Source: Myxococcota bacterium (GTDB lineage Bacteria > Myxococcota_A > UBA796 > UBA2385). Taken from it: 64,000 nt of DNA. The notes below the pieces were generated by a model. The model worked only from the letters and a program-made list of their open reading frames with translations, was not told the origin of the DNA and did no database searches. Positions 10,050-19,845 of this stretch are shown here, piece by piece; position 1 is the stretch's first letter, and every line of letters starts with the position of its first letter. Both the position numbers and the translations under genes were made by a program. The stretch is from assembly GCA_044344255.1 (NCBI GenBank), contig JBIJDH010000002.1, positions 448,001-512,000 of the forward strand, in the 5' to 3' direction.

Positions 10050-11060
10050 TCAGCTCACCCGATTGGGGCGGTCTCCCCACCGGTTGTGGTAGCGCTCCCA
10101 CATGTCCTGCACCTTGTACCGGTCCTCCGAGGCCATCCGCTCGATGCCCTCGCGGGGGTGAAGGTTGAAGTAGCCGGTGATCGCGTAGGGCAAGTGGTAG
10201 CCCCAGCGCAGCTCATCGCGCATGTGCACGAAGGTCTCGACAAGCTCGAGCACGGGCGCGGGGTCATACTTCGGGTTGTCGAGGTAGAAGAGCAGCAGCT
10301 CGAGCGGACAGTTCCCGGCGCCGCGGCCCATGCCGTGGATGGTGGCGTCGGCGAAGTCGACGCCCTCGTCGATGGCGGCGATTGTGTTGGCGAAGGCCTG
10401 CTGCTGGTTGTTGTGGAAGTGCACGCCCACCTTGATGGCGTCGCCCAGGTAGTTCATGTACTTGTGGACGAGGTAGCGCACGTGGTGCGGGAACAGGGAG
10501 CCGAAGCTGTCGACGATCGCCACGTTGTGGACGCCCGACGCCCGGAGCTTGAGGAGGAACTTGTCCACCTCGTCCGGGGAGAGCGTCGAGACGGCCATCA
10601 CGTTCATGAAGGTCTCGTAGCCAGACTCGAGCGCGTGATCGAGCAGCTTCAAGGCCTCGTCCATCTGGTGGGCGTAGGTCGCGATCCGCAGCGTGTTGAT
10701 GACCGTGTCGCGGGTGTGGGGGATCTCGCTCGGGGTGACCCGGCCCACGTCCACCATGGTCGAGATCTTCATGCGCCCCGGCTCGACGACCTTCGCGAGG
10801 TCTTCCTCGTCGCAGAAGCGCCAAGGGCCGTTCGTGGTGCGGCTGTCCTTGCCGTCGCCGGTGACCTTGTAGCCGACCTCCATGTAGTCGATGCCGGCGG
10901 CGCTGAGCGAACGGAACACGCGGCCGACGAGCTCGTGGCTGAACTGCCAATCGTTACACAGACCGCCGTCGCGGATGGTGCAGTCCAGCACCTTGATCCG
11001 GCGCCGGCGATCGGTCACGAGGCCATCGGGACAACACTTCACACGATAGTCGAGACCCAT
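10050..11060 (-). CDS. DRE-TIM metallolyase, 4-hydroxy-2-oxovalerate aldolase-like
   Basis: LDCTIRDGG, VDSFGS, HFHNN, GMGRGAGN; start chosen at MGLDY (11060), uncertain. Confidence 0.85.
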   Translation of the reverse strand: MGLDYRVKCCPDGLVTDRRRRIKVLDCTIRDGGLCNDWQFSHELVGRVFRSLSAAGIDYMEVGYKVTGDGKDSRTTNGPWRFCDEEDLAKVVEPGRMKISTMVDVGRVTPSEIPHTRDTVINTLRIATYAHQMDEALKLLDHALESGYETFMNVMAVSTLSPDEVDKFLLKLRASGVHNVAIVDSFGSLFPHHVRYLVHKYMNYLGDAIKVGVHFHNNQQQAFANTIAAIDEGVDFADATIHGMGRGAGNCPLELLLFYLDNPKYDPAPVLELVETFVHMRDELRWGYHLPYAITGYFNLHPREGIERMASEDRYKVQDMWERYHNRWGDRPNRVS

Positions 11061-11114
11061 GGGGATCCTCACTGGGCCCCGGGGGCCCGCACGGAAGGGG
11101 TCAGGTCTACCCGG

Positions 11115-11132
11115 TTTCACCGCGAGGTGAAA
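11115..11132. promoter_or_regulatory. Perfect inverted repeat TTTCACC-GCGA-GGTGAAA (operator or hairpin)
   Basis: 7-bp AT-rich arms, intergenic, 55 nt upstream of the aldolase-like gene. Confidence 0.35.
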
Positions 11133-11181
11133 TTCGGCGACAGGGAATTCACAGGACCCGGGTCGATGACCGAGGGTCGAC

Positions 11182-12378
11182 TCAGGGGGTGAAGCGGCGG
11201 GCGCCGAGCTCGGTCACGAAGGGGTGGCTCCCCTCGAGGATCACGGTGGCGAGCGCCTCTCCGGCCAGCCAGGCGAAGCCGAAGCCGTGGCCGGTAAAGC
11301 CCGCGCCCGCCACAGCGCCCGGGGAGCCCGGCACTGGGCCGAGGATGGGCAGGCCGTCCCGCGAGAAGCCCATGATGCCCGACCAGCGGTGCGTGATCGG
11401 CACCTCGGCGAGGGCGGGGAAGCGGCGGATGAAGGCCTCCATCCGGGCCTGGATCTCGGGGTGGAGGTGGTCGTCGAAGCCCACCTCGCTGCCGGGATCG
11501 AGGTTGCGCCAGCCACCCAGCACGACGCAGCCCCGCTCGTCCTGGCGCCAATAGTCGAAGCCGTGATCGGCGTAGATGGGGGTGTCGAAGAGGCGCGGCG
11601 CGGGCCCCGTGGCGAGCATCTGCCCGCGGACGGGATCGACCTTGTCGGCGAACCAGGGGAGGAGCTGGCCGACCCGGGCGTTGACGGCCACCACCACGGC
11701 CTGGGCCGACACCCGACCCCCCGCTGTGGTGACAGTGACCGCGCCGCCGGTGGAGGCGTCGAGCGAGAGCACCGGGCACTGCTCGTAGAGCCGCGCTCCC
11801 GCGCGCCGCGCCGACACCGCCGCCGCCCGGACGAAGCGCACCGGATCGAGCTCGCCGTCCCGGGGCAGGCGGACGCCCGTGCGGAAGCCCGCCTCGCGGA
11901 AGACGGCGGGCAGGGCCTCGCCCTCCACGAGCTCGGCCTCGAAGCCGTCCGCCTGGAGCAAGGCGGCGGAGGTGGCGAGCTCGGCCTCCTCGCCCTCGGA
12001 GCTCGCGAGCTGGAGGCTGCCGCCGCGACGATACCCACACGCGATGCCCTCCTCGTCGATGACGGCGGCGATGCGGTCGTGGTTCTGGAGGGACCAGGCG
12101 TGGATGCGTCGACAGCGATCGTGGCCGAGCATCTCGATCGCCCGGCTGTACCGTTCGGCCGTGCCCTGGAGGATGAAGCCGGCGTTTCGACCGGTGGCCG
12201 CCGAGGCGACCCGTCCCGCCTCGAGCAGCACCACATCGACGCCTTGGTGGGCGAGCGCGCGGGCGGCCGCCACACCGCAGAGCCCGGCCCCGACCACGAC
12301 CACGTCGGCGGTGACGTCGCCCTGGAGCGGGCCAGCGAGGGGGTGGGCGGGATCGAGCCAATAGGAGGTTGTGGTCAT
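11182..12378 (-). CDS. FAD-dependent oxidoreductase, DAO/PuuB-like
   Basis: SYW, VVGAGLCG, ATGRNAG, WSGIMGFSRDGLP, GFTGHG. Confidence 0.85.
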   Translation of the reverse strand: MTTTSYWLDPAHPLAGPLQGDVTADVVVVGAGLCGVAAARALAHQGVDVVLLEAGRVASAATGRNAGFILQGTAERYSRAIEMLGHDRCRRIHAWSLQNHDRIAAVIDEEGIACGYRRGGSLQLASSEGEEAELATSAALLQADGFEAELVEGEALPAVFREAGFRTGVRLPRDGELDPVRFVRAAAVSARRAGARLYEQCPVLSLDASTGGAVTVTTAGGRVSAQAVVVAVNARVGQLLPWFADKVDPVRGQMLATGPAPRLFDTPIYADHGFDYWRQDERGCVVLGGWRNLDPGSEVGFDDHLHPEIQARMEAFIRRFPALAEVPITHRWSGIMGFSRDGLPILGPVPGSPGAVAGAGFTGHGFGFAWLAGEALATVILEGSHPFVTELGARRFTP

Positions 12379-12517
12379 CAGCGAAGGCTCTGCGTGAAGG
12401 GCGAGAGGGCAGGCGCCGGCGAGGCAGGGTGGGGCCTCGCCGGTTTGGGGGCCCGCCGGGGGTCGGGCCCTGCTACCCTGCCCGGCCCGCCGCCGCCGTG
12501 ATCACACCCCTCGGCCG

Positions 12518-13246
12518 ATGGAGCCTCGCTTGAACCCCGCCCCGCCCCGCCCGCCGCCCTCGGCCTCCCGCGGCCGCCGCCGCTTTGAGGCCATCCTCCT
12601 CGATCTCGACGGCACCCTGATCGACAGCGCCCCCGATCTCCGCACCCACCTCAACGCGGCGCTCGCGGACTGGGGGCGCCCGGGCGTCACCACGGCGGCC
12701 GTGCGGAGGATGATCGGGGACGGCGCGCGGATCCTCGTGGACCGAGCGTTTCGAGCCACCGGCCCCGCCCTCCCGCAGGACGAGCTGGACCGCGCCGTCG
12801 CGCGCTTCGTCGAGCTGGAAGAGACCGACGTCCTCAACGAGACCACCGTGCTCCCGGGCGTGGTCGAGGGCCTGGAGCGGCTGTCCGCCGAGGGGCGGGG
12901 CCTCGCCCTCTGCACCAACAAGCCGATCCGGGTGACCCGTCGTTTGCTCGACACCCTCGGCCTCCAACGCTGGATCCCCCATGCCGTCGGCGGTGACTCC
13001 CTGCCCACCCGGAAGCCCGCGCCGGAGATGCTGTACTACGCCCTCTCGCTGCTCGACCTGCCCCGCGAGCGGGCGCTGATGGTCGGCGACTCCATCAACG
13101 ACCTCGAGGCCGGGCGGAACGCCGGGGTGCCGGTGGTGCTGCTCGAGGGCGGCTACTCCGAGCGCCCGGTGTCCGAGCTCGGCGCCGACGCCGTCCTGCC
13201 CTCGTTCACGGGCCTCCCGGGCTGGATTGCGGCGGCCGACGGCTGA
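12518..13246 (+). CDS. gph: HAD phosphatase, phosphoglycolate phosphatase-like
   Basis: DLDGTLIDSAPD, CTNKP, KPAPE, VGDSIND. Confidence 0.85.
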   Translation: MEPRLNPAPPRPPPSASRGRRRFEAILLDLDGTLIDSAPDLRTHLNAALADWGRPGVTTAAVRRMIGDGARILVDRAFRATGPALPQDELDRAVARFVELEETDVLNETTVLPGVVEGLERLSAEGRGLALCTNKPIRVTRRLLDTLGLQRWIPHAVGGDSLPTRKPAPEMLYYALSLLDLPRERALMVGDSINDLEAGRNAGVPVVLLEGGYSERPVSELGADAVLPSFTGLPGWIAAADG

Positions 13247-13269
13247 GCGCTGTGCGCTGTGCGCTGTGC
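13242..13269. repeat. Heptamer tandem array GCTG(A/T)GC x4
   Basis: gctgagc gctgtgc gctgtgc gctgtgc; first unit contains the gph stop codon. Confidence 0.85.
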
Positions 13270-13274
13270 GCGAC

Positions 13275-14168
13275 CTACTTCGCCGCGCCGCTGGCGCCGG
13301 CCTCGAGCACGGGGTCGGTGACGGTGGGCGCGGCGGGGAGGCCCGGGGGGCCGATGATGGCGGAGCCTGCGTTGGCGGGGGCTGACGCTGCCGGCCAGAA
13401 GTTGGCCTTGGGGATCACCGGCACGAGCTGCTCGTGGTGCTGGGGCAGGAGGCTCCAGTGGAGCTCGGGCTTGATGTGGTGGCTCACGTGGTAGCCGATG
13501 TTGAAGCCGAGCAGGCCGTAGGGGAGGCCGAAGAAGACCATCGAGGAGTCGTTCGGGTTGGTGAAGGCGCAGCCGTGATGGTGCCGGTAGTTGGTGAAGC
13601 CGAGGCCGAAATACAGGATAATCCAGGTCGAGAAGAAGAAGACCAGGAAGCCCATCGGGTTGATCGCGATCAAGCCCGCGGACATCAGCGCCACCATCAA
13701 GACCGAGCGCACGAAGCGCTGGGAGGTGCGGCTCCCCGGGTTCCGGGCGATCTCGATCAGGCTGTAGCTGATGGTGAGCAGCGGGAACGTGAAGATGTAG
13801 TAGGCGCGGCCCACCGGCTTGTCTGGAAAATGGGTTCCAGCGAAGCCGAACATGCTTGAGCAGTCGCCCGGCCCGTTGTTGAAGCGGTGGTGGTTCTTGA
13901 CATGATGGAGCTCGTAGAACTCGAGGGGCACCCCGTTCGAGAGCCAACACAGCCAGCCGAGCGCGTCATTGAGGAGGCGGGAGTTGAAGATCCGCAGGTG
14001 AGCGTGGTTGTGCTCGACGAGGTTCACCTGCCGCGCCAGGAGGACGATGGGGATCAGGGTCCAGGCCGACCAATGGAAGTACAGCGCCGCGAACTGCACG
14101 CCGAGGGTGGCAAAGACTTGGATGACGGAGAACGCGTCCACCGGATACCGCATGATCTTCGAGCTCAT
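13275..14168 (-). CDS. Membrane fatty acid desaturase family protein
   Basis: His boxes HNHAH, HHVKNHH, HVSHH; transmembrane helices. Confidence 0.85.
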   Translation of the reverse strand: MSSKIMRYPVDAFSVIQVFATLGVQFAALYFHWSAWTLIPIVLLARQVNLVEHNHAHLRIFNSRLLNDALGWLCWLSNGVPLEFYELHHVKNHHRFNNGPGDCSSMFGFAGTHFPDKPVGRAYYIFTFPLLTISYSLIEIARNPGSRTSQRFVRSVLMVALMSAGLIAINPMGFLVFFFSTWIILYFGLGFTNYRHHHGCAFTNPNDSSMVFFGLPYGLLGFNIGYHVSHHIKPELHWSLLPQHHEQLVPVIPKANFWPAASAPANAGSAIIGPPGLPAAPTVTDPVLEAGASGAAK

Positions 14169-14464
14169 GTCTTCAGTACGCTCCGGGAGCCCGGGCGGCT
14201 CCGTGGTCAATCGGCTTCTGAGGCTTGGGCCCGCGTGGGTCGGCACGCGGTGAGGCCCGGACGAATCTGCGAGGTGTGGGCGGTGGGCAACAAGTCACCG
14301 ACGCCCATCCCCCTGACCCAACGGTCAGCGGCCCGGGCGTCCCTGCACCCTCTACTCCCTTGTACCACGGGAGATGGGGCTGACGGCACAGGGCTGATCT
14401 GGCGCAGGCCGGAGGTGAATTCGCGGAGCGCCGTCCCATGCCCCAGGCACCTCCGGGCTCCGGT

Positions 14465-14941
<477 letters not shown>

Positions 14942-15046
14942 GGGGGGTCCTTCGGAAGGCAGGGGGCGCCCCTCCGCGGGGGGTGGGCGAGCGGGCAGTC
15001 TAACCCCCGCGCGACTCGGGACCCGAAGACCGGCTCGCGGCGTCGC

Positions 15047-18000
15047 TCAGTGAAAGTCGCGGCTCTTCGACGCGACGGGGGTGGCCTCGGGGAAGGGCGC
15101 AAAGGAGAGCGCGAGCAGGCTGACGGCCGCGCCGTCGCGCTGGACGCGGGCGGTGGCCCGGAGGAGGTTGGTCTCGAGGATCAGCGCCCGCTGCCGCTCG
15201 AAGAGGGGCGGCTTGATCACGAGGTTGAGCAGGCCGGTCTCGTCCTCGAGGGTCATGAAGACGACGCCGCTGGCGGTGCCGGGGCGCTGTCGGTTGCTCA
15301 CGAGGCCGGCGACCTTGACCACCTTACCCGCCTCGCAGCCGAGGATCTCCTCGGCCGTTCGAACCCCTTGTCGGCGGAGGACCTCGCGGGCCATCCGCAC
15401 CGGATCGTGCTCGATCGACAGGCCGAAGGAGCGGAAGTCTTCCTGCAGGGCCTCGGCGGCCGTGGCGGGCTCGAGCGGAGGGGGCTCTTCGACCCGCTTG
15501 AGGCCGCGGAAGAGCGGCAGATCGTAGAGCCCCTCCACCGTCCACAGGGCCTGGCGTCGGTCGGCCTCGAGGCTGGCGAGGGCGCCGGCGCGGGCGAGGC
15601 GACCGAGCTCGGCGCGTCGCAGGTCGGCCACCCGGGCGAGCTCGGGCACGCTGGCCGGCGTCCCGCCGGTGCGGGCGGCCTCGATGCGGTCGGCCACGGA
15701 GGCGTGCAGCCCCTTCACGAGGCGGAGGCCGAGGCGGATCGCGAAGGCGGGCAAGGACCGGCCCTCGGACACGAACCGCTCCCCGGAGGGCTCGAGCGTG
15801 CAGTCCCAGCGGCTGTGCAGGACGTCGATGGGGCGCACCTCGATGCCCTTCCGCCGGGCGTCGGCGACGAGCGCGCGCGGGGAGTAGAAGCCCATCGGCT
15901 GCGAGTTGATCAACGAGGCCGTAAAGGCCGCAGGGAAGTGACGCTTCAACCAGCAGGATACGTAGACGAGGCGCGCAAAGCTGGCGGCGTGCGACTCGGG
16001 GAAGCCGTACTCGCCGAAGCCTTGGATCTGGAGCGCGATGCGCTGGGCGTACTCCTCGGGGATGCCGCGGCGGGTCATCCCTTCGATGAGGCGGCGGCTG
16101 TGCTCTTCGAGCCCCCCCTTCTTACGCCAGGCCCCCATCGCCCGGCGGAGCTGGTCGGCCTGGCCCGGCGAGTAGCCGCCCACCGCCATCGCCATCGCCA
16201 TCACCTGCTCCTGGAAGAGCGGCACGCCGAGCGTGCGGTAGAGGATGGGCTGCAGGTCGCGGTGCGCGTAGGTGACGGGCTCTTCACCGTTTCGGCGCCG
16301 GAGGTAGGGGTGCACCATGCCGCCCTGGATCGGCCCCGGCCGCACGATCGAGACCTCGATGACCAGATCGTACCAGCACCGGGGACGGAGCCGCGGGAGC
16401 ATCGACATCTGGGCTCGGCTCTCGATCTGGAAGACGCCCACGGTGTCAGCCGCGCAGATCATGTCGTAAGTATCGGGATCTTCGGCGGGGACGGTCGCGA
16501 GATCCAGGGCCCTGCCCCAGGAGGTGCCGACGAGGTCAAAACACTTGCGGATGGCCGTGAGCATACCGAGCGAGAGCAGATCCACCTTCACGAACCCGAC
16601 GATGTCGATGTCGTCCTTGTCCCACTGGAGGATGGTGCGGTCCTCCATCGTGGCGGGCTCGACCGGCACCATGTCGACGAGGGGCCCGTCGGAGATGGTG
16701 AAGCCGCCGACGTGGATGCCGATGTGGCGGGGCAGCCCCTGGAGCTCTTGGGTGAGGGCCAGGGTGAGGCGGACCCGACGGTCGGAGGGGTCGAGGCCCG
16801 CGGAGCGGAGCTGCTCGTCCTTGGGCATCCCCTTGTCGAACCACTGGATGCCGCCGGCGAGGCCGTCGACCTGATCGAGGGAGAGGCCCAGGGCCTTGCC
16901 CACGTCCCGCACCGCCGACTTTCTCCGCCAGGAGATCACCTCGCTCACCATCGCCGCCCGATGCCGGCCGTAGCGACTGTACAGGTACTGGATCACCTCC
17001 TCTCGGCGCTCGTGCTCAAAGTCGACGTCGATGTCGGGCGGCTCGCCCCGCTCCTCCGAGATGAAGCGCTCGAAGAGGAGCTGAAACCGCGCAGGATCCA
17101 CAGAGGTGATCCCCAGCGCGTAGCAGACCGCGGAATTGGCGGCGCTGCCTCGCCCCTGGCAGAGGATGCCCCGCTCGCGTGCGAAGCGGACGAGATCGTA
17201 GACCGTGAGGAAATAGGCCGGGAAGTTGAGGCGGCTGATCAGGCCGAGCTCGTGCTCAACGAGCGTGCGCACCGAGGGTGGGGTGCCGGCCGGGTACCGC
17301 TCCCGAAGGCCACGCTCGGTGAGGTCGCGCAGCCAGTCCATCGGCGTCCAGCCCTCGGGCACCACCTCGCGGGGGTACTTGTAGCCGAGCTCGGCGAGGG
17401 TGAAGCGGCAGCGCTGGGAGACCTCGTTCGCGCGCTCGATCGCCGCCGGGTAGGACTGAAAGAGGGCCTCCATCGCCAGGGCCCCGCGGAGGTGGCGCTC
17501 GGCGTTGGCGGCGAGGGCGCGGCCCGCCTGATCGACGGTGGTGCCGAGGCGCACGCAGGTGAGCACGTCTTGGAGCGGCTTTCGGGCGCGATCGTGCATC
17601 AGCACGTCGTTGGTGGCGAGGAGGGGGAGGCCGGCGCGGCGGGCGAGGCCGGCCTGCGCCGCCATCTGCGCGCGGTCGTCGGCGCCGAGGGGGCGGCTGA
17701 GGCCCATGGAGGCGTGCTCGCCGAAGGCCTCGCGGAGGCGGCCGAGGTCGCTCGGGGCCCAGGGGCCGAGGGCGATGGCCTCGAGGCCGGCGGCGCGCTC
17801 GAGCACGTCGCCGAGGGGCAAGCGGGCGCGCCCCTTCTCCACGCCCGGGCGGCCCTGGGGGGAGGGGGCGATGGCGTCGGGCCCGGCGAGGGCGGTCTCG
17901 ACCTCCCCGCCGCAGCGCCCGCGGGTGAGGATGCGGCAGAGGTGGGCCCAACCCTGGGCGTCGCGGGCGAGGAGGGCGAGGCCGGGAGCTTCGGCGAGGG

Positions 18001-18223
18001 TGACGAGCGCCCCGCAGATCAGCCGGGGGGCGGGCCCCTCGCGGGCCAGCTCCTGCGCCCTCCGCCAGGCCCTCGGCAGGCCGTAGACGCCGTCCCGATC
18101 GGTGATCGCGACGGCCTCGAGCCCCAGCCGCGCCGCCTCGTCGACCACCTCCTCCGGCGTGCTCGCCCCCTCGCGGAAGGAGAAGGCGGTGCGACAGATG
18201 AGCTCGGAGAAGCGACCCGACAT
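15047..18223 (-). CDS. dnaE2: Error-prone DNA polymerase DnaE2 (ImuC)
   Basis: PHP domain, GRGSAANS, PPDIDVDFEH, YGFPESHA, OB fold, diagnostic C-terminal SRDFH. Confidence 0.95.
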   Translation of the reverse strand: MSGRFSELICRTAFSFREGASTPEEVVDEAARLGLEAVAITDRDGVYGLPRAWRRAQELAREGPAPRLICGALVTLAEAPGLALLARDAQGWAHLCRILTRGRCGGEVETALAGPDAIAPSPQGRPGVEKGRARLPLGDVLERAAGLEAIALGPWAPSDLGRLREAFGEHASMGLSRPLGADDRAQMAAQAGLARRAGLPLLATNDVLMHDRARKPLQDVLTCVRLGTTVDQAGRALAANAERHLRGALAMEALFQSYPAAIERANEVSQRCRFTLAELGYKYPREVVPEGWTPMDWLRDLTERGLRERYPAGTPPSVRTLVEHELGLISRLNFPAYFLTVYDLVRFARERGILCQGRGSAANSAVCYALGITSVDPARFQLLFERFISEERGEPPDIDVDFEHERREEVIQYLYSRYGRHRAAMVSEVISWRRKSAVRDVGKALGLSLDQVDGLAGGIQWFDKGMPKDEQLRSAGLDPSDRRVRLTLALTQELQGLPRHIGIHVGGFTISDGPLVDMVPVEPATMEDRTILQWDKDDIDIVGFVKVDLLSLGMLTAIRKCFDLVGTSWGRALDLATVPAEDPDTYDMICAADTVGVFQIESRAQMSMLPRLRPRCWYDLVIEVSIVRPGPIQGGMVHPYLRRRNGEEPVTYAHRDLQPILYRTLGVPLFQEQVMAMAMAVGGYSPGQADQLRRAMGAWRKKGGLEEHSRRLIEGMTRRGIPEEYAQRIALQIQGFGEYGFPESHAASFARLVYVSCWLKRHFPAAFTASLINSQPMGFYSPRALVADARRKGIEVRPIDVLHSRWDCTLEPSGERFVSEGRSLPAFAIRLGLRLVKGLHASVADRIEAARTGGTPASVPELARVADLRRAELGRLARAGALASLEADRRQALWTVEGLYDLPLFRGLKRVEEPPPLEPATAAEALQEDFRSFGLSIEHDPVRMAREVLRRQGVRTAEEILGCEAGKVVKVAGLVSNRQRPGTASGVVFMTLEDETGLLNLVIKPPLFERQRALILETNLLRATARVQRDGAAVSLLALSFAPFPEATPVASKSRDFH

Positions 18224-18236
18224 CGAGCGGACCATA

Positions 18237-18292
18237 GCGCGTGGACCTCCGCGCGTGGACCTCCGCGCGGAGGCCGTCGCGCGGAGGCCATC
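18237..18292. repeat. 14-bp tandem array (2+2 units) containing a perfect 14-bp palindrome
   Basis: gcgcgtggacctcc x2 then gcgcggaggcc(g/a)tc x2; palindrome cctccgcgcggagg at 18260-18273. Confidence 0.85.
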
Positions 18293-18389
18293 GCTCGCGG
18301 CCCGCGGTGAACGGACGGGATAGGTCGGCGGGAGTCGGCGGCGTGAGCTCGGCTCGCGGCCGCTGAGTTTTTTCTCGCATCCGGTTGGA

Positions 18390-19832
<1,443 letters not shown>

Positions 19833-19845
19833 GCCCGTCTCCTCG

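Noticed and set aside
18306..18324. Possible Myxococcus-type LexA box upstream of dnaE2 (minus strand CTATCCCGTCCGTTCACC)
   Set aside because: Only the CT and GTTCA parts match and the spacing is one base too long; not supportable without a genome-wide motif.
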